DNA of 64,000 nt. Origin: Callorhinchus milii. Lineage: Eukaryota. The DNA is taken from NCBI RefSeq assembly GCF_018977255.1, contig NW_024704742.1:29638001-29702000 (forward strand), written 5' to 3'. A program made the translations under genes and the position numbers. Below the pieces are notes generated by a model, which worked only from the letters and a program-made list of their open reading frames with translations, did no database searches and had not been told where the DNA came from. Every line of letters begins with the position of its first letter. Positions within the stretch are counted from its first letter, which is position 1. Shown here one piece after another: positions 26,140-38,439 of the stretch.

Positions 26140-26620
26140 TGCAAAGTAGTTAGCAATATGACGTCCCACGACTAGCAGAAGCCGACTCCCCGGAGTACAG
26201 ATTAGGAACCACAACAGGAAGCCAGTCCCCAGGGCGTGCAGCACCATAACAAATGCAAACCCTGCCACTGGCTGACAGGACTAGTAAGAGTTCCAACAGA
26301 CAGATAATGATTTCCTTTACATCTGAGCAGACTGTAAAGCAGCACTGTACTTCTCTCAAGGAGCAGCTAATGAGCGGTGACCATACACAACATATATATT
26401 AATGCTAGTGATCCCTTTCAGACCAAACAAAATGCATCGAAACGACTGTTAACTGGGACCGCCCCAGTGGTCATGAATTCGCCAGAGCGTTTCCCCCCAT
26501 CCCACGCCACGAGTAACCAACAGCAATTGTCTCCATTAACCACGTTTCCATTCACTTGCACAAAGCGTATCCATTGAAAGACCTCGGTTTTGCTTAACCA
26601 AAGAATCGGAAGACTTAAAA
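26140..26620 (+). pseudogene. CSPG4: CSPG4-like segment: repeat 9
   Basis: LKEQLMSGDH vs VEEQLIRYVH; SLSDQ vs TLTDS; WDRPS vs MDRQS. Confidence 0.6.
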
Positions 26621-27205
26621 CACGTAGATTAAATGTTTTGCTTGTTTTAACATGAGTGGAGCCGTAAAACTCCATTCACTGCACAGTATATTGCAGTATA
26701 TCTGTGAAGTGCTTTGATGCAACAATGTGACGAGGCACTATATCACATGCAAGGATTATTATTATATCTCTGCTGCTTGCAGGAGTGTGGAGGGAGAGAG
26801 TGAGGGAGAGAGGGACCAAGTGAATGAGTAACAGAATACTCCTTATGATAGTCCTCAATGTTTAGGAGTGCCCCCCAACCCCCAAAGGGAATCTGGAAAT
26901 GCATGCTGAACGACACACTTATTTGATGTTTGAGACAACCCCCCCCCACCCCCCACCCATTTGACACTCCAGAACGACATCATCATCTCTGTGTAAACTA
27001 CGTTATCACTTGAGGCTGTCTCAGCTCTTGTTTTCTGTGTCAAACAGATTGAGAAATACAAATAATCAGTTTTAACAGTTCCTCAGCTTTTGGAATGCCC
27101 AACACAAAACCAGCTCCTATTATTTATTAGTCAATTGAAGGAATAACATATAATGTCAATTTTTTTTCTTACAAACCAAAAATCATATCACTAGCATATA
27201 CTAGT

Positions 27206-27512
27206 GGAGTCCTGTATCTCAGTGGTTAAAGCACTCGCCTCACAATCGAGAGACCTGGGTTCGATTCCCGTCAGGGCGAAACCTTGGGCAAGTTTCCTTA
27301 TTCCACACGCCTGATAATAATATCTCAAGAAAGAAAAAACAATAATAAATTGTTCACTTCAATCCAGGCCTGTTTTTCAGACACTGCTGTGCGCAATTGG
27401 CTGCCACGTTTTGCCCACAAATGTAGTCAATTCATTTGCGGTATATTCTGTGAAGGGCGTTGCAAAGTCTAGAAGATGTGAAAAGCGCTATATCAAATGC
27501 AAGGATTATTAT
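27206..27512 (+). mobile_element. tRNA-derived SINE with intact head (internal deletion)
   Basis: A-box-like TATCTCAGTGG and B box GGTTCGATTCC; shared body; tail ATATCAAATGCAAGGATTATTAT. Confidence 0.9.
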
Positions 27513-29215
27513 ACTCTGCAGAGACCAGATTAACTCCCCCCTCCCCCACCCACACACATACACTGATGTTCATCTGGGGTATACCACCTACTCATCTCTG
27601 TGTAAGATCAACAGAAAGAAACTGAGACTGCGCATTCCATTCCAATAAACTATCTCTGGGATTTCCATGTGTAGGTGGGATGCATGGTTTGGTTTGGATA
27701 CTCTTATCCATGGTAATGGCTGACCAAAAAAGAAACTAAACCTGTCTCAGTTGAGGTAGCCTCAAAGGGAGCAGTGATTATTTTCAGAATAGAATCCTGG
27801 CCACACTGGACAAGACCAAGGAGGAGAAAGATGGGTGAAGGGATTGTTCTATACAGCTCCACACCCTCCCTCCTCTCCTCAGCTAGAAAGTGTATTTGTG
27901 CATCTGGGTGAGAACAGGATAAGACTCGGTTGTGATACTTCTCCCTCCCACCACCCCCCCGCCGCTCGCCCCACCCAACTAACCACCAGCTGAATAAGCC
28001 TGCCAACCCTCAACGCCTGGATTCACGCTTGAAGAATGGTCTTGGGCGAGATACAGAAGAGCTGCTGCTCGAGGAATCCTAACCCAAAGATACAGTGCTT
28101 TCAGAAGAGGAATGAAGTGGAGGAGTAAAAGCTAGAACAAAGAAAAGTTACATTAAATGATAAAGGGAACTTTTGCTTCCAATGGAGGGAGGGGTGGGGG
28201 GAGCACGAGAGACCTTTGCCCTGTGACTCCCACTAAATCTGCGCTTTGAACTAGAGAGTGGGAGGAGTGGGAGGAAATGTATAAGGAACATGAGAAAACC
28301 ATGGGGGATGGGTAACTCTGGCATGTTAGACATTGTATCATCAGTACTATTATCACACGCACAATACTCCCCCAGTAGTATAAAGCAGTTGGTCTCTGGG
28401 AGATATAGGTACTTTCTGCAGCTGTCCCTTAAATCAATGTGCTTTAAACAGTTGTAATAATACTGTATATATCTATGTTCACCTTTTTGAGTGGACAAGC
28501 AGCAGGAAAATGAACTGCTTAGCCCTTTCCCAGACAAGGCAGACAGTTCAGTACTGCACTGCTCATTTTCTCTTAGGGTGATCTATGGGATACTGGTCAG
28601 AAAACTTTCCAGGACTGAAGACAGGAGCAAGGAGTTGAAGAGTGGCATTGATTAGAGACTGGTTTTGATTTCAATCCATCGATAGTTTCACATTGCACTC
28701 TGAGTTTTAGCACCAGATACTTGCATTTGATATCGCGCCTTATCACGTTGTTGAGACGTCTCAAAGCATTTCACAGAATATATTGTAAAGTGAATCGATT
28801 GTGTATTTTGTGGGTGAAACGTGGCAGCCAATTGCGCACAGCAGTGTCCCACAGACAGTCGTAGATTGAGTGACCAATTTTTTTTTTCTTTTGAGGGATT
28901 ATTACCCCAGGAAAGCAATCCAAGCGGAAAAAAAATCGATTTTTTTTTCAATTCAAATTCTTAAATTAAATTTTAAAAATATCAAATGAAAAAAGAATGA
29001 AAGTTAAACGCTTGTACTGAATACAACTAAGTAGTTGTAAATACAATTGCCATCATTCTTACACATGTTTCAGTTGTTGGTCATAAAGATGTAACAGGAT
29101 TCTGTGAACACCCTGTAGAATGTTCTACCCAAGAGGGGAAGAGAAGGGGTAACAGGATTTTTGGACACCCTGTACAATGTTTACCACAGAGGGGAACATA
29201 GTTATTATTATTAGA

Positions 29216-30508
29216 TACTGCGCTTGTGAAAGTCACAAACCACATCCTCTCTATCTGTGACCAGGGCTCCCTCTGCCTCCTTGTCCTCCTGGATCTCTCC
29301 GCCGCGTTCGACACAGTCGATCACGCCATCCTCCTCCACCGCCTTTCCTCCATCATCCACTTCAGTGGGACCGCACTCGCCTGGTTCGAGTCCTGCCTCA
29401 CAAACCGCCAGCAGTACATCTGCACAAACGGCTTCTCCTCCTGTTCTCACCCGGTCACCTGCGGGGTACCCCAAGGATCCATCTTCGGCCCCCTCTTCAT
29501 TCTGATGTATATGCTCCCTCTTGGGGTTGTCAACCGCAGACATGGGGTACACTTCCACATGTATACAGACGACACCCAACTCTATTTTTTCACCTCTCTT
29601 TGCGACCCCCAGTCCTCTGATGTTCTGCCTGTCAGATCTCAGGAGCTGGATGAGCACAAATTTCCTTCAGCTGAACGTTGACAAGACAGAAGCCATACTC
29701 TTTGGCTCTCGTCAACCTCTAAAATCTCATGGCTCTCACCTCCTCCGCCTACCTGGCCTCCCCCTAAAACTCTCCGAATCGATACGCAACCTAGGCGTCA
29801 GGTTTGACCCCCAATTATACTTCCTCACCCACATCCGGACCCTCACCAGCACCGCTTTATTCCACCTCCGATGCATCGCCCGTCTCCGCCAATACCTCTC
29901 CCCAAAAGCCGCTGAAACCCTGGTCCATGCCTTTGTCACCTCTCGGCTGGACTACTCTAACGCCCTCCTCACCGGTCTCCCCTCCACTACCATTCCATAA
30001 AATCCAAATCATTCAAAACTCTGCCGCCCGCATTCTCACCCGCATGAAACTCCGCTCCCCAATCACCCCAGTCCTTGCCAGTCCTTGCACTGGCTGCCTA
30101 TCCCAGAGAGGATCGACTTCAAGATCCTCACCGTTGTATTCAAGTCCCTGCACTCCTCTGCACCCTCCTACCTCTCTGACCTCCTCTGTCCTCAAAATAG
30201 TACCCATTGCCGTTGTTCCTCCGGATCTGGCCTCCTCCTCGTCCCCCTAGTCCTCCGCTCCACCTTCCGCGGCCGTGCCTTCAGCCACCATGCCCCGAGG
30301 CTCTGGAACTCCCTTCCTCACTCCCTTCGCCTCGCTCCCTCCCTTCCTATTTTCAGGTCTCTGCTGAAGACCTTTCTTTTCGGCTGCGCCTTTGGTCACC
30401 TTCCTCCCCCTCCCCCTGGCTCGGTCCCAGGATCCGTTACTGTGAAGCGCTCTGAGACGACGTCCGGCGTGGAGGGCGCTATATAAATCCATGTTGTTGT
30501 TGTCGTTG
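29216..30508 (+). mobile_element. L2-clade LINE, 5'-truncated, frameshifted RT C-terminus plus 3' end
   Basis: LLDLSAAFDTVDH, GVPQGSIFGP, YTDDTQLY, FLQLNVDKTE, HAFVTSRLDYSN, HWLPIPERIDFK; 3' stem-loop and (TTG)n tail. Confidence 0.95.
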
Positions 30509-31616
30509 TATAACTCATTGTGTCCGCTCTGTAACCCACATAAATAACATAGGACGATCTTGGGAGTTTATTCATTCTTCTCTCTCCCCCCCAACCCATC
30601 CACATTGGGTTGGAAATGGCAAACTTGGGTTGGAGCTAAGGTCTGGCAGACATACGGCGTAAAATACATAGGATTCACTGTCGCAGATGCACTTTGCATC
30701 CCAAGGCACTAGTTTCTCAGATGTTTTCCCATCCAAGGGCTTTTCCAACCCAATTACCACGATGTAGCACATCTCATCAATCCACTTCCATTGACAGTAA
30801 TATCAGCCACTCCAATCTTCTCTCCTGTTGTCCTGAAGCTACCAGTCGTTCCCACTTCCTTGTTGTATGGCTGTTTTTCATGGATGAGCCAAGTGAGTGT
30901 CAGCACACTAATTTGACCATAGAGCAGCACCACAGGCTTACTTGACTCTATCAATTGCATCCTTACCAAACGTCTACATAAAACAACTTGCATTTATATG
31001 GTGTCATCACATGTGGTAGAGTCTCGGAGCATACATACTTTCAGCAGCTCCTTTCACTTCTAACAGAATAATAATAATAATCCTTGCATTTGATATAGCA
31101 CCTTATCATGTCTTGGAGACGTCTCAAAGCGCTTCACAAAATACACTGTAAAGTGGACTGATTGTATATTTTGTGGTAAAATTGATGTTTCAAAGCGCTT
31201 CACTGTGCTGGAAGGGCACCGAGCTGGGGGATGGAAACTAAGGGGTGTGGGGGAGATGAAATATAATTGATAGCATGGTCAAAGAGATACATTTTGAGAG
31301 ATGCTTTGAAAGAGACAGCTCGCTGACAACAACAACTATGGAGCCCTTCACATATTGTAATGTATCAGGAGTGCTTCACAGGGATGGGATTCAACACCGA
31401 GTTTAGAGGGTGTGGGGGGGGAGAGGGAGGTGGCCATATGTGTGTTCAGAGATAGTTCTGATGAAGAGAAGGAAGAAGCACTCACGACTGGAGTATAGGA
31501 AGGTGTCAGCCATTCTCAGTTTGTAATCTCTGGGTCAGTAGATTGTTTGTCGAAGGCCTACATAGGAACTTCAAGCCCAGAGCCTAGGCCGACATTCTCA
31601 ATCCAGTGCTGGTGTC

Positions 31617-32544
31617 CTGGGCAAATAGAAAAGCGTGGGAATATTTGCCTAAAATTGCTTTGAAATTTGGAGGGGGGGTTCCGGGGAGTTGATTGGTGCT
31701 ACTGAGGTACATTTTACTGCCAACCTACATTTTTTCCACTTTATTGATAAAAACTAAATATGAGGAAATAACACATATTAGATTGTTGCAATTTTTTTAT
31801 TAATTTGTTCTTTAACAAAAACTGGATGGCCAATTGGGGTGGTAGGGGGGGGAAGACTCCAGCGCAGGCCCGTAGGGCCTGGAGATCCGCCAAAAAAACT
31901 GACACTAAGGACCAGTGTCCTGACTGCGGGGCTACAGGAGCTCAGCACCTCCTGCCTCTCAGGGTCACGCACTGCACACAGACACAGAGACCCAGAGAAA
32001 GACACACACACTCATAGACACAGAGAGAGACATATTCTCAGAGAGCGAGAGAGACACACTCATGGGCACAAAGAAACATACACACACACACACAGACAGA
32101 GGAGAGGCGCATATACACATTCACACAGAGACGCTCATAAACACACACACATATAGAAGAGACGAACACAGACGAGAGAGACACACAAGCGCACTCACGC
32201 AGAGACACTCACAAACATACACACATACAGAGGAGAGAGACATACAGACATGCTCACACAGACACTCACAAGCACATACAGAGGAGAGAGATACTCATAA
32301 ACACAAAGAGAGAGACACATTGACAATCACAACGGCGGAGCCTCCGAGTGGAGTGAAGCCCATTTCCCGCTTGCGCTGCACCGTGCACGCGTGTCCGGAG
32401 CCGCTCCGCCCACAGTAGCGTCAGATAAACAGCGCGAGAGGCCCGGGCACCAGAAACCTCATTTTTTAGCGGGTTTATAGTGGAGGGCGCTGCTTATAGC
32501 AGATTCCGCGAGAAAATTGCGGCCATACTTTTCTATTGGTCCAG
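31617..32544. mobile_element. Non-autonomous hAT-like DNA transposon nested in a SINE
   Basis: 22-bp TIRs with 18/22 match (CTGGGCAAATAGAAAAGCGTGG vs CTGGACCAATAGAAAAGTATGG); 8-bp TSD CTGGTGTC at 31609-31616 and 32545-32552. Confidence 0.85.
31975..32320. repeat. (CA)/(GA) compound microsatellite inside the hAT-like element
   Basis: Seen directly in the sequence. Confidence 0.9.
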
Positions 32545-33324
32545 CTGGTGTCCCACCTATATCATCAAGAGCTGCCTTCCTTCAAATGAGATACTATGAA
32601 CCAATGTCTCATCTGCCTTTTCTGGTGCAAATTAAAGATCCTGTGGCACAACTTGAATACAGATGAGTTTCTTCCGGTGTCCTGGCCCACAATAAAGGTT
32701 AGGTCTTTCACTTCATTGCTGTATGTGGGACATTGTTGTGTGCAAATCAATTGTATCTGTCAGACAGTATCTGTCCACAAATACACAATCACTACACTTT
32801 ACAGAAACGTTCAGACTTTTTCCACGTTTAGGCACTAGATCAAATGCAAGGATAATTTATGTTATTAAGGAAGCGGAATTACAGCTGCTGATGGTTGATG
32901 TATGGTTTGGAATACAATCTAAGAACCAAGACGAACGTAAATGTTGACAGTTGCTGGTGCCACAGCAGAAAGAATAAGAACTGAGGCAATAGGAAATAGC
33001 ATGTGGGACTCGGGCAGAATTAGCTTCTAGTGATATCCAGGGATTGACTCTGGCATCCAATCCAGGTGACAGCGTGGGTCCTGCATTCTTGTTTCTGTAC
33101 AATAGATGGCATCAAGGTGTGGACAGGATCACTGCAGATACGCGCGGCTTATACATTTGATGCGGCTAGTTGTTGCTTTGGAGAAAATTTGACGGTTGGG
33201 TTAACCACGGGCAAATCACCTGTAATCCTTTTCATTGCTTGTTACTTACACAACTAATGTCACCTACAACCATGCATTAGTCCATGCTTAACCCAACCTG
33301 CAACGGTTGCACACGGTTAAACCA

Positions 33325-33945
33325 CCACCACCACCAACAACAACAAAATTACATTTGTATCGCGCCTTTCATGTCGGGAGGACGTCCCAAGGCGCTGAAC
33401 AGACAGAGTTACGGACCCGAGCTGAGGGTCAGGGTGGGCCGAGGAACCAGGGAGATCAAAAGCACGGTCGAAGAGGAGGGTCTTGAGGTGGGTCTTGAAG
33501 GTTGCGAGGGGGGGGGGCAAGACAGAGGGACTGTGGGATGGAGTTCCAGAAAATGGGTGCAGAGTGGCGGAAGGCCCGCCCGCCGATAGTGGGGTGAGCA
33601 AGGCGGGGGATGTGAAGCAGGTCGGAGCCCACTGAGTGTGGTGAGCGAACAGGGTGGTAGGGGGTTAGGAGGTCGCAGAGGTGGAGGGAGCAAAACCGTG
33701 GAGGGCTTTGAAGGTGAGGACCAGGATTTTGAAGTGTACCCTCTGTGTGATGGGAAGCCAGTGGAGTTGGGCGAGGATAGGGGTGATAAGGTCACGGAGC
33801 CTAGTGTGGGAGAGGATATGAGCTGCAGAGTTCTGGATGATCTACAGTCTGTGGTGGGAGGAGTTGGGGAGGCCGACAAGCAGTGAGTTTGCATAGTCGA
33901 GCCTCGATGTAATTAAGGCGTGTATGAGGGTTTCGGCAGCCTGTG
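33325..33945 (-). mobile_element. L2 LINE 3' fragment
   Basis: Reverse-strand L2 3' end with (CAA)n tail and FKTHLKTLLFDRAF motif. Confidence 0.9.
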
Positions 33946-34079
33946 GTGTGAGACAGTGTCCGACCCCAAAATTAGACCCCAAAGTGCTGTGAATGAATGG
34001 TCAAGGCCCAGATTTTGTATGCATACTCCTATATCCTGATTTACCAAGTAACACTGAATGTAAACTTCCACTACAAGAA

Positions 34080-35400
34080 GTAACTTAAGTTGACAATAAT
34101 TTCTGAGATAGAATTCCACAAGCAGGAGGAAGCCTGTGTGTGGGAAGCTTTGTCGCCGGAACTCTGTGCTGATGGTTGGACTGACACGCTGAGATACATA
34201 GCCTCCACCAATCCTGTGTTCTTGGAATGAATGGGATTGTGAGGGAGGGGTAGTCTAGTTCCTGGGCCAACAACTCTTGAGGTCAAAATATGATACCCTG
34301 ACCAATTTCTCTGATGTTGTACAGGGTGCTCTCTGGCATGAGGAGAACTACCACTTTTTAGTTCACGTGGCTTCAGAGTGCTCTGCGCAGGAGATGGTTT
34401 CCTCTTTAGTCTGCCAAATAAAGCTACAGTGTCCCGTCACTAGGCAGATGTAGCCTTGTGGGCCACTAAAGTTTCTGGCAGCGAGCGAGCAACAGGATTG
34501 AAGGCTCTGACTTGTCTACCATCTTTTGCAGCCACCTCTCGCACTTGTTTACTCAAATATGGATTGGAGATGTTGTTGCTAAGCCCAAGAACCCAACGCT
34601 TTTAACTAAAGCAAAGTGTAGGTGGGTGGACAACATCGATAGTCAATCTTTCTATCAGGGCTAATAGATCAAGGCCTTCTACCACGGCCAGAAGATTCTG
34701 GTCTTCCCAGCATTAAAGCCGGCACATTATTTTTCCACATACTGTCTAATTCTGAGTATACTATAACTGTTTGCATTGATTTAGCCATTGCATGTGAAAG
34801 AGTTGCTCACTTTATAGTGGATAGGAACAAATCACTTTTGAGATCTGGACATCCACCAGGTCATTGACGACAAACAGAGTGGGCTTTGACACGCCTTCCC
34901 CAGGGTCTCCCTCTATAGGTGATGCAATATGAAGATTTATGTCCACTTATCACAACCCTACTAGTGTCTAAAAAGTGCTTTGGCAGCATCATCACTGTCC
35001 CCAGTCTCATCAGTTTTGGCCCAATGTTTGACGTTGGAAGATTTCTGCCCTCCATTCATCATTTCTGATCTAAGATGTAGAGCAAAGTTTCTGATTTAGA
35101 GCAAAGTTCTGCACAGAGAAAATCAGGACAATCTCAACTGTCATGTTATGAAGGGTCACTCAAACACAGATGCTGGTCAGAAAGAAATAGGATTGAGGGA
35201 TCCGTTACTGCCAATCCAAGATACCGGAATGATTTTTCCAAAGGAGGCTTTGAACCAAAGCCACAAAATTACCATTCTTTGTGCATGAGGGTTTGACTAT
35301 GGAGGTGGGGGAAGAGAGGAGTATGACAGACGAGTCTGACCCTGTCCTTATCCAAGATTTACAAGCTTTCCAGCCGGGGTTACAGAACGACATCAAGGCT
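34080..35400 (+). pseudogene. CSPG4: CSPG4-like segment: repeats 10-12 and start of 13
   Basis: VWEA vs MWEG; GRGSLVPGPTTLEVK vs GRVVLRGAPGTEVR; GELPLFSSRG vs GGLVLFSHRG; GDGFLFSL vs DGGFRFRL; GLKALTCLPS vs GSQTLTVCPG; FWSSQH vs FWEAHD; RNKSL vs KNKGL; VHLSQPY*CLKSALAASSL vs LHAGQPHFLQSQLAAGQL. Confidence 0.85.
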
Positions 35401-36648
35401 AGGAAACCCTGACCAGATTTTTACCCTGATCATTAGCTCTGGGGTGGGGGGGGCACAGCTCCTGCTGAGATCAGCAACCAGGGACATTCCTGATCAGTGT
35501 GGCTCAGCACCACATCCTACCCCATAGGACAGTTACCACAGATCCACTGGGGGACCCGTTTTCAGTCCCCCCCTCCCTTCCGTAAAAATATACGTACGGG
35601 AGGAAACAAAACATACAGCAATACTTCTCTGCTGTGCAAACAGGAGGTAAACAGTTCCCCATTTCTGTGTGCCAAAACCAGAGAAGAGTGGGAGGGGGAT
35701 CCAGCATGGAAGCTGACTGACTCACTGGTCACATGGCTGTGTTGGCAGATAGCGATCAGCTCTGTCAGGGCAGCACCTGGTCAGGGTGACAGAGCCATAA
35801 AAAAAATACCACCGAGCTTCAGAGAAGGAAACGTTAATGGAGCAAAAAGCAAACAAAAGGCAGCGAGTGTTACTGCAAGCTCATTATGACTTTTTAAGTG
35901 ACGTTTGATTGATTGTTGGCACGGCAGTGATTAATGATTGTTCAGGCGGCTCTGCCTAAGTGGATAATATGATTTAGTCTTCATTTGGCAGATTGCATTT
36001 TGTATTCGCGAATGGCGTTTCAGCAGCCCCGCCAGCTTCGATGCTCCATTCACTCAATAACCCTCTCCTTCCCCCTCGCACACCTCCTTCGCAGACCCAT
36101 GACCCCGCTGCAGTATTCAGTTACTGGATGGTTTGGCTTAATCCAATTTTATCTCCTCATCTGTTTGGTTTCTTGTCGGAGTGTGAGATTATATATTGTG
36201 ATCTTACATCGATGCTGTACAATTCCCAATGCAACAAAATGCTCTAAAATCTGATACCGTATCACTTAAGTACGACTTCTCCCATTGGATCTAATGCCCG
36301 GGACAGTATGGAGATGTATAGGAGACACTATGTGTTATCCCTATTTATCTGTGTTCTTAACTGATCTTAGTCAGGATAGGAGAGGAGCTACAACAGCCTT
36401 TCCCAACCCAGGGGTGCACTGTTGAGGCCAACAATTATAGAACTCCCTACTGCTGCCCAGCTGATATCAGCAAACTTAGTACAGATCGGGAAGCAAGCCT
36501 GGCACTGCCTGGCTGGTGTTATTCAGTAATACAACAGGTGAAGAAGCATTTACGCACTAAGGTTATTGAATACTTTTCTGTTGCTGTGTCCATGCAACGG
36601 TTCCATTCCTACATCATGCTGATAAATGCCAATTGCCCTGGGCACTCA

Positions 36649-36886
36649 GCACACTGTCAATCCACAGTCACTTACTGGCTCTCGGCACACTGTCAATCCA
36701 CAGTCACTCACTGGCTCTCGGCACACTGTCAATCCACAGTCACTCACTGGCTCTCGGCACACTGTCAATCCACACAGTCACTCACTGGCTCTCGGCACAC
36801 TGTCAATCCACACAGTCACTCACTGGCTCTTGGCACACTGTCAATCCACAGTCACTCACTGGCTCTTGGCACACTGTCAATCCAGA
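36649..36886. repeat. 36-bp minisatellite, ~6.5 copies
   Basis: Unit GCACACTGTCAATCCACAGTCACTCACTGGCTCTCG; two units carry an extra CA. Confidence 0.95.
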
Positions 36887-36994
36887 GCCACACATTTCCC
36901 TGGGGGACTCAGGATACCTGACATACTTTGCGCATTTCAATAATTTCCCTAAGAAGTTTCATTTTCCAAAGTATTCACATTCTCACCATGGTTC

Positions 36995-37665
36995 ATAGGT
37001 TCTCTTTTAGGCCTCTGATCCTGCACTGAGAATCTGAACTGAGAAGAGCCTCATTGTAGCTTGTGCTACCTTTGGGAGCTGCACAAAAACATGTTATAAT
37101 GGGAGGCGCGCTAAAGTCAGTACTTGATAGAGCTTCCCTAACACTGTCCTTTGCTCCAAATCCTGGTGAGTTTGTAACATGTAACATGACGATGAGTGCT
37201 GAATATGGAAGTTCCATGAACCAAGTACCATCATCACAGTACAGTGCTTTACCAACACACGAAGTAGCGCCTTCCAAGAGTTAATGTCATTTCTTCGATA
37301 TAAAGGCTTTGTAGAGTGTCACAGAGCTGCACCGCAGTGCTACACCGTTTTACATAATATTACGACACACCCTGCCCTCTTCATTTGACAACAAAGTACG
37401 CTGGGGCTTATAAACAGGCCACTTTACACAAGGGCTGTCACCACCAATCCAAGGACCTGACATGTCGGTACAACAAGGGTGGTTGACACTGACTCTACTG
37501 CACAATTCAACTGCTCGACGAGCAAGTATGCACGCACATATCCTGCAACTACAGACTCGGTATATCTGTCTAATGACAGACTCAGCAGCAGAGTCACTGT
37601 GAAGATTCTTCAGCGGCCAGCCACAGAAACCATCGAAGCAATGGGACACTGTACATGTGGCTAAC
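36995..37665 (+). pseudogene. CSPG4: CSPG4-like segment: repeats 13-14
   Basis: KTCYNG vs RAPHNG; LDRASLTLSFAPNPGEFVTCNMTMS vs VDSGRLAFVANGSSVAGIFQLSMS; IQGPD vs IQGPQ; SSRVTVKI vs SAVVNVTV. Confidence 0.65.
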
Positions 37666-38439
37666 AGAATGCTAGAGCAGGGTGTGGGCTCCACCCCATA
37701 CCCACACCCCCTCCACTCAGGGTCTTTCTTGTCTCTCTTGAGGAAAAGATGAAGTGCTCCATCTAGTGGCCTGGCTGAGATCCAGTTGAACTCCCCACTG
37801 CCCCAACAACCCCTCACCTCCCCTCCTTTCGCTCACAAAATACACAGTCAATCCACTTTACAATATATTCTGTGAAGCGCTTTGAGATGTCTCAACGACG
37901 TGATAAGGTGGTATATCAAATGCAAGGATTATTATTATTTCTCTCTCTTCTTTGCCAGTGAGGGAGAGCAGTTGAGGCTGATTGAATGACAGCCCAGGCT
38001 GCGATTTGATCTTGTAACCTTACAGTCTTCGAGTCTGATGTTCTGCTACTGAAGTCACTGGAGCCCTTCACCACCTCTGCAGTCCCTTCAACGCAGGCTA
38101 TTCCTGCTCATAATCCCTGCAACTCCTCCTTCCTGTTGCACACAAATTATATAACAAGGATTAAAGAGGAAACGGATCAGATAACAGGCAAAATAAATGG
38201 GGGGAGGGAGAACAATATGCTACAGCAATTAAAGTCTTTTTTTTAATACATTAAAAACAGAGCAATTGGCAATCTTAATCCACCCCCAAATACAGATCTA
38301 TACTGTATCAATTATTAATGATCTTTGTTTTGTTGCAAATGACCTATTGTGCCTTTGTTTGTGCTGGTTCTTCAGATAAATGCAGGTTCAGTGTCTCAAA
38401 AAAAACACCCTGCAAAACAAACAGGCTTCTGCGTCGGAA

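Noticed and set aside
27206..27280. tRNA gene
   Set aside because: It runs directly into the SINE body and tail, and the same head occurs at 47060-47146 and 52290-52380.
29211..30492. Active LINE ORF2 (also 61256-62485)
   Set aside because: Both are 5'-truncated, frameshifted and lack the endonuclease domain.
31839..32418. His/Arg/Thr-rich ORFs
   Set aside because: They are translations of the (CA)/(GA) microsatellite.
34889..34945. TRLPQG...MQYED, resembling the retroviral RT motifs LPQG and YxDD
   Set aside because: The spacing is far too short and other RT motifs are absent. The position fits CSPG4 VTQFPSRG in the colinear alignment.
36538..36998. 36-bp repeats as a CRISPR array, or the overlapping ORFs as a repeat protein
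   Set aside because: The units are head to tail with no unique spacers, there are no cas genes and the context is vertebrate. The ORFs result from a stop-free unit.
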